A DNA stretch of 64,000 nt from Camelus dromedarius (taxonomy: Eukaryota). Positions 1 to 11,880 of the stretch are shown here, in pieces. Position numbers and translations under genes: made by a program. Location: the NCBI RefSeq assembly GCF_036321535.1, contig NC_087437.1:82338001-82402000 (forward strand), written 5' to 3'. How positions within the stretch are numbered: the first letter of the stretch is position 1; every line of letters starts with the position of its first letter. The notes below the pieces were generated by a model. The model was not told the origin of the DNA. It searched no databases and worked only from the letters and a program-made list of their open reading frames with translations.

Positions 1-835
1 CTGTTTTGAGTTAATTTTTGTAAGTAGTGTAAGATAGGGGTCCAAATTCATTGTTCTGCAGGTATTTAGCCAGTTTTCCCAACACTACTTGTCGAAGAGA
101 CCACCCTTTCCCCATTGGGTGTTCTTGACTCCCTTGTTGAATATTAATCAACTGTATATGGGTAGGGGGTTTAATTCTAGGCTCTCTATAATGTTCCAGT
201 GGTTTGTGTGTGTGTTTTATGCTAGTGCTATAGTGTTTATACTATTACAGCTTTGTAGTATAGTTTGAAATCAGGAAGTATGATACCTCTTGTTTTGTTC
301 TTTTTCTTTAGGATTGCTTTGGCTGTTTGGGGTCTTTTGTGGTTCCATACAAATCTTAGGATTGTTTTTCCTATTTCTGTGAAGAATACCATTGGTATTT
401 TGATGGGATTGCATTGAATCTATAGATGGCTTTAGGTAGTATGGTTATTTTAGTGATAGTAATTCTCATGATTTATGAACATGTAATTTCCTTTCATTTA
501 TTTGTCTTCAATTTTTTTCTGCAAAGCTCTGTAGTTTTATTTTATAGATCTTTCACTTCCTTGGTTAAATTTATTCCTATGGGATTTTTTTTTTATGCTA
601 TTGTGAATGGGATAGTTTTCTTGATTTTCCTTTTCAGGTGTTTCATTATTAGGATATAGAAATGCAGTTGATTTCCATATATTGATTTTGTATCCTTAAA
701 CTATACTGAATAGTTCCTGCAGTTTTTTGATTGAGTCTTGGGGATTTTTTTATATATAAAATTGTATCATATGCAAATAGTGACAATTTTATTTCTTCCT
801 TTCTGATTTGGTGTCTTTTATTTCTGTGTCTTGTC
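1..835 (-). mobile_element. Degenerate LINE-1 ORF2 fragment (RT to post-RT region), runs off the window edge
   Basis: Minus-strand peptide KRHQIRKEEIKLSLFAYDTILYI matches the L1 RT motif [22 protein letters not shown]. The DNA is collinear with ORF2 of the full-length L1 at ~38.4-39.2 kb but has stops and frameshifts. Confidence 0.9.
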
Positions 836-1741
836 AAAAATTCTTAGTATTTACTACTAAATACCTGGTAAGGACTAGAAAAATGATCCTGAAAATTTCT
901 CCTTTTGTTAGGTGAAAAAACTAATCAGAAGAGGCTTTCATAATGATGGCAATGATGCTTTTTTTTTTTTTTTTTTGGTATTCCTTAATTTTATATATAT
1001 ATTTTTTTAGGGCTTTGAGATTCCTAGGGGGAATGTTTTGCTTTAGTAAGGGACAAGAAGTGTTTGAAGAAAAAAATTGTTACAGAGGAAATAAGGAAAC
1101 ATAAGGATACTAATAAATCTAGTGAAAGCACAATATTAGGGATAGGAGAGGGAGAAATCAGGGCTGCATAAGACAAATCTGTGGACAGGAAAGTGGCAAG
1201 TGTTTGGGTCTAGAGTCTAGAGCACTGATAGTTCTTGACATGGGATTACATAAAATTAATTATCTAAAACTCTACCCAGTGATTAGTGTGTTCCAGGTGT
1301 TCAATATATATTTGTTTGATTCCTCTTGTTTTATCACCTCCAAATGCCATCAAAGACATTTCTTGCTTTTTATACATACTCAGTAATGCTTAAACTGAGG
1401 GAGAAGAAATGGGTAGAATATGAATGGGCAGACTGGATGAAGAGGATGTTGAGAATAGAATATGCGCAGAATTAGGCAAAAACCAGGGTGTGAGAGTAAA
1501 TATACTGGTAAGGTAGGGAAAGGGGGAAATACATTTGGAGAAACTATGCAGATTCTAAGAAAGTCAGAGCTGCTTTTTGGTTTTTAGAAGCTCAGGAGCT
1601 TTGGAACCTTCAGAGCTCTGGGGTTCACTAGTACTGTGTTATCTATGTATGTTCATGCATGTACTTCCATTAACCACTGTGAAAATGTAGAACTCTCCAA
1701 GATGTAGCATTAACAAAACCACTTTTATCCCATTAGTTTTT

Positions 1742-1790
1742 TTATTTAAAAAAATTGTAATTGAAGTATAGTCAGTTTATACTTATGATG
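1742..1790 (-). mobile_element. Extremely 5'-truncated L1 3' end (49 bp) with perfect 16-bp TSD
   Basis: ATTGAAGTATAGTCAGTTTA matches the L1 3' terminus seen at ~14.9 kb and ~21.5 kb. Flanked by TATCCCATTAGTTTTT at 1726-1741 and 1791-1806. Confidence 0.85.
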
Positions 1791-2059
1791 TATCCCATTA
1801 GTTTTTAATCCAAAATTCAGTGTTTTTTAGATGCTGGAAGAGCTGGACTTCTGCTTATATTAATATGGTGTAAAGAAAGTATATTCTCAAGTGTCATCTT
1901 GCATGCTGGTGCTCTGAAGACTAAAATAGAAAAAGAATGTTTGAGTCATTGCCATAGCTAATAGTTATTTTCCAGTTTCCTCTATAACATGATCATTAAT
2001 GAGCTGTGATAAAACATATGGTTCTATAGTTCAGCATGGTTGCTTGTTATTAAAGAAGC

Positions 2060-2400
2060 CAGGGTGTTTGAGCATATCTCAGACTCCACAGTACATTATG
2101 GTCCCACCCTAAATTCCTGCCTGGTTTCCCCTTACTGTCCATATACATTATGTTCCAGAAATCATATGAAACTTTCTTTTTTTCTCTGAATATACCTCGG
2201 TGCCTCTGCACCTGCCACTCTCTCTTCCTGGAATGTCCTTTCCCTCTTCTATTACTGGGGATCTACATCTTCAAAATTTATTTAACATTTGTCATGTTAT
2301 GTAGAAACTTTCTTGACTCTCCTGGGTTAACTTAATGAATTGCTCCTTTGGGATTGCAAACTCTTATGTTTTCACAGTATTTTTTCTAGCCTTTCTAACT
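2060..2400. mobile_element. Probable L2 relic
   Basis: Contains L2-like text (CCTCTGCACCTGCCACTCTCTCTTCCTGGAATGTCCTTTCCCTC); heavily diverged. Confidence 0.5.
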
Positions 2401-3389
2401 CAGTAATATGCTATTGGAACATATCTAAGCTAACTGTCATTCCCTTAATGCAAATGTTTATTGTGCTGTTTCTAGGAAAATCACTATATTTAATGTAGAT
2501 ATAATTTTAAACCAAGTATTTTATTGTTAACAGCAATTCTGCATACCACTTTTCTACAACATCCCAAAGTTGAGTCTTTGTATTGTTCACATTCGTAGTC
2601 TAAAGATTCTTTAGGATTGCCTTTGGCAGTAGTGTTTAAGGTCATGACAACATTGTTTACCATAATCCTGGTAATTTAGGCAGTTTTACCTTTAGAACTG
2701 ATAAAATAATTTTGAGCTGTGTTGAAGAATACCAGAATTTTATCTTAATTTCCTATTTGATTAAATTCTTAGTTTTATTTTTTATTAATTGAATTACATG
2801 TCACTGGAAATTAAACAACTTTCTTCAGAACTTGTCTGAAAGCTTTAGAATGCCTAGAAAGCCAAATGTTCAGAATTTGCCTGATAGTCTATTGGGATCT
2901 ATGTATTCTCAGTAAAAACTTTTAATTTTGAAATTTCTATGATCTTTTCTGAAATTTGGCAATTTCTGCTGCCTTAATCACATGGCCTGTCATGTAACTG
3001 CTGTTGACTGCATATAGAACTTTTATTTTAAGGCTTCCTTATAATTTATTCTTTTTGAAGACAGTAAAACAGTAGCAATCCAAATATATGATAGTGTCCA
3101 ACAGTTTTACCCTCATGCTCTCTGTCCAATAGTTTACTCTTAATTTCTTTCCTGGGAAGACATTTGAAGAACCTATAAAGCTTCACAAGGATCAAAGGGA
3201 GAATACAGGGATTACAGAAAGAGGTCAATATAAAAATCCTAAAATATTAGGGAATGAGTTCTCAAGATTTCTTTCTTAACTCTGAAACTTATTTTTTTGA
3301 AAAAGGAGAGGGAGTATTGCCTTTTTCTTTGCTCTTGAAAATGTACTAGTAAGAGCTGAGAAGAGCAGAATTGTTAAATTTATGAGAAT

Positions 3390-3470
3390 GGAATAGACAC
3401 CCTCATTTTAATAGTGAGGAAACTAAGGGTCACAGAGATGAAGGCCTTGTCCAAGGTCATCCAGCCAAGG
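3390..3470. mobile_element. MIR core fragment
   Basis: CTCATTTTAATAGTGAGGAAACTAAGGGTCACAGAGATGAAGGCCTTGTCCAAGGTCA resembles the MIR core. Confidence 0.65.
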
Positions 3471-3829
3471 TGTCTCAAAAATCTGACAGTTTTCAGAGGC
3501 AAGTGTTTTGGCCTGGCCAAAACAGAGAGGATCAGGTTTTATTTAGTTTGGGGAACCTAAGAACATTGGTATGTGTAATTGCCTTGGGGGTAAAGACGTA
3601 CATATTGATTACATCTGCGTGTCCTTTTCAACACTCCCATACAGATGGGTATGAATCACAAGTAACACTGATTGTGAGATATATATGAAATGAGCTTCAT
3701 GTTCCAGTGACTTAATTTTTAAATCCCATATCCCACTTAGGTCCTACTTTTAGCTGTATTGCCCCTGGCCCAACACATGCTTACTGAGTCAATTTCAGAT
3801 AGCAGACATGTAAAGACAATAGCCAAGAA

Positions 3830-4180
3830 GTTTTATCAGCGTTCCTTATCTTTATAATATATTGTCAATAGCACTAAATACCTGGAAACAGCCTATTTCT
3901 TCATCAGATGGAGACATAAAACAATGAAATATGACAAGCTCTCCAATGTACATTGTTAAGTAAAAAAGAAACCAAAGGAAGAATCTGTATATTATGCTTG
4001 TCGGCGTTTAAAAATATTCATATATATGTATGAATATTTTCCACAAGTATGTACAGAATAATTAAAGCGGCTTCTGTGGAGAGGAACTTGAAGGTATGGA
4101 GTGAGAAACTCACTTTTTATTATATATCATTTATACAATTATTTATATGTTATACCTGGCTTTTTTCATATTTAAAAGTA
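3830..4180 (+). mobile_element. Old L1 (L1ME-like) 3' remnant
   Basis: Resembles an old L1 ORF2 end/3'UTR (CTGGAAACAGCCTATTTCTTCATCAGATGG...); highly diverged. Confidence 0.45.
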
Positions 4181-4285
4181 ATTAAACACATGTATTGCTC
4201 ATAACACATTTCCTATTAAGAGCCTTTAAATAAAGGGTGGGAAATGGAACTAATTTCCTCTTTCTCTTTTAATTAAAAAAAAATT

Positions 4286-4800
4286 TTTGGTTGCTGTGCT
4301 TAGTCTGTTGTCTGCTTTCAGGCCCATTTCTCTGCCTTCCCCTAGATTTGCACTCACAGGGTAGGACACCCTCTAAACCCTCTAACCCTGCTAGTTGGCT
4401 TCCATTTGAGTTTGGCCAGGGGTAGGCATAGAAAAGATAATGAAGAGAAGGAATAGAGAAGAAGCTAGGGTGGTTCTCCCATCCCTCTGCTCCTGGTGGC
4501 TTCTCTAGTTCGTTTCCTTCTGTGGCTCCAGCTCCCTCCTTAGTCCCAACTTCCAATAGGCTATCATGTCAGAGTCTCAGTGTCCTTGGGAGGCCCAGGT
4601 CTTGGACTCTAGGACCACTCTCTTCCTTTGACCTTACAGCCTAGAGACATGAACAGCTTTGTGCTATTACTAATTTGGGGGCAACACCTTTCCCTGTTTT
4701 CTCTTTCAGCTATTCTAGTACCTTCACAATTAGTTCTTCTATTAAAGTCTCTGTATTTGAATATATGTCATAACTCAGCTTTGCTAACTGGTCTCTGACA
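4286..4800 (+). mobile_element. ERVL-class solo LTR (LTR33-like)
   Basis: Ends ATTAAAGTCTCTGTATTTGAA...CTGGTCTCTGACA, resembling the LTR33-family 3' end (poly(A) signal and terminal ACA). Confidence 0.6.
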
Positions 4801-5129
4801 GAGTTGCTATTGAAAATGAGATTTTTCCATCTCTTAAAATTTCAAATGAGTTATTATTTGTACATCAGATAGCAATTTTATATATAAACAGTGTTATTTG
4901 TACCTTTATTTATTTCCTTATTTTCTTTTTTTAGCTATTTCTGAAGCTTTAACCTGGTGGCCATGTTTGAGTATTGGAACCAAGAAGTTTCACAGTCCGT
5001 CTCCTGATCTGGCTTTATACGTTTTGATTTCCTGTTTGGTGGTGTGTTGCTTGAAAATGTGGTTGTGTTAGCTTTAATTTATTATTTTTTATTGAGATAT
5101 AATTGACAAATAGCATTGTGTAAGCTTAA

Positions 5130-6400
5130 AGTGTTCAATTTAGATTAATTTTTGTTAGAAATTTCTAATGTCATGCATTGTGGTTAGAAAACATTGCCTA
5201 TGCTAATTCACATTGAAGAACTTACTGAGATTTTCTTTAGGAGCTATTACATTGCCAACTCTAAGGTTTGTTTGTTTGTTTGTTTATTTATTTATTTTAT
5301 TTTTAATGGAGGCACTGGGGATTGAACCCAGGACCTCGTGCATGCTAGGTATGCACTCTACTGCTGAGATACACCCTCCTCCCTATGCTGTCAACTTTAA
5401 TGTTTTTCATGTGTCTTTAAAAACTGCTCCCTTTGATTTTTATGTGTGTGTATGTAAAACAGTCACATTATTAATTGTATTTTTAGTTTTTTCTTTATTG
5501 GTACTTATTTTTAATCTATATTATCTGTCAAAGACTGTATACATGTTTTCTATTACTATTCATTTATATCTTTTGTATTTTTTCAGTTTTTGCCATATGT
5601 ATTTTGATGATATATTATTTGGTGCATAAAGATTCAGCATAGTAGATCTTCATTATAGACTGTATACCTCATCATTATAAAATCTTCTTCTTGGACTCAA
5701 TTAACACTTTTTGCCCTTAGATCAAACTTTATTAACACAACCTGTGAATATTTTCCTCTAATGTAATTTTAAATTTTACTAATTTGTTTTCTTTTCTTAA
5801 TAGGGAACGTCATTTATGTACATATGGGATCTTTTTTTGTCTTTCATATCTATTTTAATTTCTTTTTAATTATTTTCTCTAATGAGTTCTAACTCTTTAA
5901 TCTTGTTCGTTTTACTTAATTTTCTCAAGTCTGACCTCCACAAGTGAGTCTATATTTTTGGTGGTATCAATTATGAAAATTTCTGCTTCTTAATGTGATT
6001 TATTCAGATATAAAGTTGACTGTTTCTTCTATTTCCTTGCTGAGTTCTGCCAGCTCACTTTTAATATCCTTTTATTGGCTTTTCTTCTTTGAGCCATTCT
6101 CTCTTATTTGAAATATTTTTCAAAAAGACTCACTTTTCAGTGATACTGAAAAATTAAAATAATTTGAAGAAATGATCTGTTCCTTCTGTAATTGTTATAT
6201 GTGATTTTTGTGTACTTCTTTTATTTTACTTTTTTCATTTTTTTCTTATAGTAGCTATATATGTTGGTTTTATGCCAGTCCCCTTCTTATATTTTTCTCA
6301 TCTTTAAATGGGGCCATTCCTTCAAAACTAGCTATTTGCTGAACAGCAGCCTGGAAAAGAGCTGAGGGAGTAAGCAGAGGCAGCAGGTAGTTTCATTATG
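5130..6400 (-). mobile_element. Ancient fragmented L1 (ORF1/ORF2 5' region) interrupted by a SINE
   Basis: T-rich decayed L1 antisense text, e.g. CATTGTGGTTAGAAA and TATTATTTGGTGCATAAAGATTCAG, which are endonuclease-region remnants. Confidence 0.5.
5267..5383 (-). mobile_element. tRNA-Ala-derived SINE (camelid vic-1-like)
   Basis: Reverse complement reads GGGAGGAGGGTGTATCTCAGCAGTAGAGTGCATACCTAGCATGCACGAGGTCCTGGGTTCAATCCCCAGTGCCTCCA, followed by an (AAAT)n/(AAAC)n tail. B box is GGTTCAATCC. Confidence 0.9.
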
Positions 6401-6943
6401 GTTCTGTTGTCTCAGTGCTCTTCCAAAAATTTCTGTCAGGGAATATAATTTTGCTTACTTCCCTCAGGGATGTCCCCATTCAGTTTGCATGGTTTGCAGT
6501 GAAGCAATGTTTTGGGAATTTGTGTTTATTAATTTTACTTGGCCAGCATGCAGTTGTCACCCACCATCTCTCTTTGCTATATTGCCACCCTATGAGTTGC
6601 AGAGATGGTGTGCCTGTCTTATTCCTCATTTGGTCCTCTTGTCATTCTCCACAGCTTGATGTTTCAAATAAGAAATCATTAGTCAGGAGCCTTAGGGCTG
6701 TATCTTTTTCCTTTGTAGAATTCCATGCCCTGCCTGAGGTCTGTTAAGGTATGCATCTATTATGCTTAGTTGAGTCCAAATCTTACTGTATTCCTCATAG
6801 TTTTTGGTAAGGTATTATAGTAGCTATTATCATTTAAAATGGAATTTCCTTCTTTTTGTTCCTTATTGTTCTTTTTAGCTAGTTTCAGAGAAGAGAAGTA
6901 GAAGCACCTTTACTTTGCAATCTCTGAGTGTGTGTCTGTAGGC

Positions 6944-7097
6944 CAGTGGTTGTCAAACATGTAACACAGATTGCTGGGCCACCCCAGAGCTTCTGATTCA
7001 GTAGGTTCAGGGTGAGGCCCTAGAATTTGTGTTTCTGCCTAGTTCCCAGGTGACACAGATGCTGCTGGACCATGGACCACACTTCAGTCATCCCACC
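6944..7097. mobile_element. MER5A-like hAT-Charlie MITE
   Basis: CAGTGGTTGTCAAAC start, plus CAGATTGCTGGGCCACCCCAGAGCTTCTGATTCAGTAGG and AGTTCCCAGGTGACACAGATGCTGCTGG, which are diagnostic MER5A segments. Confidence 0.85.
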
Positions 7098-8900
7098 TCT
7101 AAGCTACTTATTTAATAGTAGAGTCACCCTGGGTTTACCTGATGGGAGATGGATTAGAGTACCTTGTCAGTTGGAATTTTGCTTAATTCTTTCTGTAAAA
7201 GGGGAAATAGGTATATGTTTGGAGATATTGCTAAGGACTTCCTGAAAGTTCAGTGACAATGTTTATGGCTATTGATGCAGTGGGAACATTTTTGTTTATT
7301 ATGTTTTCCACAAGGAATCAGTTTTACTCAAGACTGAGCTAGATCTTTTTCCAGGCGACCTCAAGTTCTCTAAGTGCAGCTAATGTATGGTCTTATGTGT
7401 TCTTCACAGTATACATGACACTCCTTGGCCTGAATGTCTATCCATTTTTTTTTAGCCCTGAACTTCCCAGTAGATCTCTGACATACTGAAATGAACTTTT
7501 CCACATAGCTAAATATATTCCACTTGAATGCTTTTCACTCTGACCACTATATTTTCAAGTTTGACATTTTGACAACTTTTTCATCTCAATCTCGATTTCC
7601 CTCCCTTCCCAAACATAGGACAGAAACTGGCCTAGGAAATGCCTTATTTCTTGTGATAGGAAACCTAGGCACATTTGAAACTACAGGTTTGATAGAGGTA
7701 ATTAATTTTTTGATTACATATTAGTAATGAAACCTCTGCAATTGTAAACAACCTTAATTGAGTGAATGACTCATTAAAACTTGAAAATTCAGAAATGCCC
7801 CTGGGGAAATAATTTAATGATTTGCTGTGGTCCATGGTCGCTTCTTTCAGTGGTGCCATTTCTGCTGCCAAATTGTAAGCTTCTGTACAGAGGTCAAACC
7901 TGAACCTGTCCTGGGAGCAGAAGGATAATTCCAGTGCTGGTTAATCTACATCAGAAATGCCAGTCTGTAATAATGGGAAGCTTTCATCAAAGCTGAAAAG
8001 TATTATAATCCATTTTCAAAAAAAAAATGCTGTTGATGGGAGGAGGGCAGAATGGGTCCTTAATTTCAGCAGAGGTTCCAGGAGCATTTATTGAGTTTAA
8101 ACTGAGTTCAGAGCCATGTGCCTGGGAAAACTATTTGAAATGATGCACAGCTGTCAGACAGAAGGGCCAAAAGAGCAAGGAGGTCGTATAACACTCTCAC
8201 ACTTTTCCCCTTTATAATCCTTTTCTGAGATGCACAGCCCACAATTCTGTACATCTCTGTAAATAGTTTTTAGAAATACCCATTAAGATCAATAAGAAAA
8301 AGAATTAAGAATCAAATAGGAAAGTTGCTTTAAAAAGTCAGGCAAAACAAATGAAAAAAAAAAAAAAAAAAAACGAAGTTAAACATCAACTAGCCAGTCA
8401 TTTAAACATGACCGATGGGTGACAACTGTCAGTCCTTCTTGTGGGACCTGACCATGGTTTTTGTTGCAGCTGGAGTGGGAGTCCTGCCCTGTGTTTCCTG
8501 CCATGCTTTCTCTGTACTCCGGCAAGCCCTCATTCCCTCCATCAGTAACGGTGGGGAATTCCTTTTCTTCTTAAGTAGCAAAAAGCCACTGTTGTACTCT
8601 ATCAAATTGGAGGCTAAAGGTATACAGTTACATGATAGGCACCCCTTCTTCAACCACAGAGCCTTTTTAATGTGTCATTTCAACAGTGAGTCCTTTGTGT
8701 TTCCAGGGAAGTCCAGAGACTTCCCAAAACATGGCCATAGAATTTCCCCTGGTACCCGGGTGAATCCTGAGCATCAAGATTGTCTGCTTCAAGTTCCCAC
8801 CTGCAGATTTTCTTTTCTCTGTTGTGCTGTTATCTAATAGAATTCCGTTTATTTTTCCCACTTAAAACACAATACTATTAATAATAATAGCAACTGTTTG

Positions 8901-9025
8901 TTTTATTTATTTATTTATTTATTCATTCATTCATTCATTCCCTCATTAAGGGAGGCCCTGGGGACTGAACCCAGGGCCTCGTGCACATCAAGCATGGGCT
9001 CTACCACTTAGCTATACCCTCTTCC
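8901..9025 (-). mobile_element. tRNA-derived SINE (vic-1-like)
   Basis: Reverse complement has A box TAGCTAAGTGG, B box GGTTCAGTCC and a (GAAT)n(AAAT)n tail; same family as 5267-5383 and 48919-49058. Confidence 0.85.
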
Positions 9026-11327
9026 TTGTTTTATGTCTTACTATCTTTAACTTTTGTAACACATTTAGTAGCACAGGTCTTAATATGAGGAATGGGCTCA
9101 CTCTCTCAGGGTCCCAAACTAGGCTCTGATAAGGTTTTTTAAACCCCCCAATCCTAGTTGCATGATAGAGATTGAGCTCACGTAAACCCACCTGACAGAA
9201 AACTGTCCAGGGTTTAGGCAGCTAATTTTGTACAAGTGAACTGACTTGGGGCTTAGGATAGGAACATCTGACTCCATAAAGGGGCTGACCAGTTGAAAAA
9301 GTCCACTGTCCTTACAAATCTCAGAGATTTGACCAGGGAAGTAGAAAGCGGATTTAGCTTGGCATGTGAAGCTGCCGATTGAAAACATTTCAAGTATGCA
9401 ACCTAGACTTGTTTTTCCCCCCAAAAAAGGACTAATATGGAAATCTAGGCTCATAGAGACCCCTCCGGAAGTTCCTCACATTACTGTGAGTATCATTCTT
9501 TCTCATAAGCTAAATGTACATGCAGCTAAGGAATAAAGCATTCTAGCTATGTGTTTGTTAAAGATTATGCCTTCAATGGAATTTTGCAGCATCAATGGGA
9601 ATAATATTAATAACAAAAAGTCATTGAATCAAAGTGCAGCTACTAGTCTGTGAGTGCTAAATCTTGCGATTATCCCGACTAGTCAAAAACTAGGGCCAGT
9701 CGGCTTTCAAGGCCTGGATGTTCATGCTACTGTATTTAATTAACAGAGCCAGGAGTAAGTTATAAGAATTGATGTCTTTATTTAAAAAAAAAAAAAAGTG
9801 GAAAAGCCTCCCAGGAAAAAGGAAATCAGAGCATTTCATGAAAGCCTTATAAAACAGAAATATAAAAATAATTAGTAGGCCTATGAACCCAGGATTAGCT
9901 TCTCTTCCCCAGCTACTACCCCTCCTACTTGATAGTACTTCTCACAGCAAGGAATTTGGGTAGTAAGAACATTTGTTCACAGTAAATATACTTAGAATTT
10001 CTCAGTAGAGCTCAGGATTTTAAGAAAAATGAACACACATAACATCCGTGACAACAAAACCCAGAAGAAAACAGAAAAATAAGAGTAATGGAGTTCTTTA
10101 ATCCCTATGGCTAAAATAAGTGAAAATTTTAAGTGAATATCAGACATGCTGATATTCTGTGAACCTCAGTGTTCACTACAAGTCTGCCAGTGCAGGGGTG
10201 AGGATAGAGGCCTGGCCTTCCCACCTCCCCAGCCTGGTTGGCTTCTCCCTTCCTTATTGGCCCACAGCTCTCTGAACACAGAGCTGGATTAGCATTTCCC
10301 ATTCGCGTTTATAAGTTCCTCTCCCTCAGTATGCAGGCATACATGTAGGTCAGAGACTGGATCTTATGTAACTTTCTACAGTGTCCCCCTACTCCTTAAT
10401 TACTCATTGCAGCTGAGGAATTTTTACATTTTTTGATATCCCCTGTCTTTATTGTTTCATTTTGAAATGGGAAGAGGGAGCAATGCTGATGAGCATGACT
10501 TACTCCTATTTAGTTCAGGGGACTGTTTGCAATTCCTGTCAGAGAAGCTAGGACCAAAGAACTGGCTATTCAGGTTTTGGAATTTCTGGCTGACAGAGCT
10601 TCCTCGGAGCTCAGGTGGAAAGTGACATGCAGAGTCGGGGAGGAATGCTCTTGCAGACAGGAAGCTGGGGAAACTTCTGGAGGCAGCTCTCTTGACATGC
10701 ATGTTGGAGTTCATAGGGTTAGCAGTGCCAGTAGTGAGGCTTCTCAGGCCTGGGGATGTACTCCCTAAGATATCAGGCTGTCACCTTAAGCAATTGAACT
10801 TCCCCTTGAAGTTTCTGAAAGTTCTTAGCCCCTCCAAGATCTTCTCCAGGAGGAAGGGCAAAGCAAAAATAGCTTCTGACACAACCTCAGAGGGATGAGC
10901 CAGCCACAGACTATTCCTGTCTTTGCTGTGAGACATGACATTCTGGGGTACCTTGTGGGGGCTGGATTGCTCTGATTATGGGAAGAGTAAGAGAATCTGC
11001 AGTGAAAGTGGGGAATATCATGACCAATATCAGCCAGGCTTGCTTCCATTTTGGAGTAAAAGATGAAGAGACAAAAAAACCCTGCATTACTCTGTAGATA
11101 GTGGTCTCTATAGAGAGGAACACTGAACCCTGTGAGGCACATGGGGAAAGAGTTCTCTCCTGTCACCCCTTCTCCATTCTCCTCCCAGTCTTCCCCTCCC
11201 CTCCCCTCCCCTCATTCCCTCTTCTCTCTTCTCTTTTTACTTTCTCTCAGGGTTTTGGTTTCTTTGAAACCTATATGAGGTTATAGGAAAAAGTGGGTTG
11301 TAATTCTTGTCAGCTTTGATTTAAGCT

Positions 11328-11880
11328 GTTTATGTTAGTGTCCAACTAGGGAAGTAGAAACCACTCAAAGTATTTTAAAAGGTAGGAATTTAAAAGGGTA
11401 AATTGAATATATACGATGGAAGTTTGGCAAAACAAAATAGGAGATAGAATGGCAGCAGTGGAAGTCATAAAAGAAACAAAGGGAGGGTATTTTTTTAATT
11501 GAAATATAATTGGCTTATATGTAATTTTAAGGGGTACGACATGTTGATTTGCTGCATTTACATATTGCAATATGATTTCTATAGGGTCCCAAAGGTTGGG
11601 GTCATGTAGTGGAATTTTGAACTGTAGCTGGCATTTCCTGCCATGAAACTGTGCAGGAGATGTAGCCTGAAGTAGAAATGCCCAGGCTTTTTCTTTTCTC
11701 CGGCTTTCCAATCTCCCTACCAGTTGCTGCTCCTTGGCTGAAGCCAGACTCAGTTGAGAACTCTGGGAATGCAGCCTGCAGGGGGCAGCACCTCCTTGTG
11801 ACAGAGCAGCCTAGGGGGCAGGAGAATTGATTTGAGAGTGAACCAAGAGTCAGTCCACTCTTCTTATAGTAGTCTTCTGG
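11328..11880 (-). mobile_element. ERVL-class LTR relic (LTR33-like) containing a short L1 3'-end insert at ~11490-11577
   Basis: GTCCAACTAGGGAAGTAGAAACCACTCAAAGTATTTTAAAAGGTAGGAATTTAA resembles the LTR33 terminus. The internal TTTTTTAATTGAAATATAATTGG...CATATTGCAATATGATT is an antisense L1 3' end. Confidence 0.5.

Noticed and set aside
5213..5629. 138-aa hydrophobic ORF
   Set aside because: It is built from an antisense SINE plus T-rich L1 debris.
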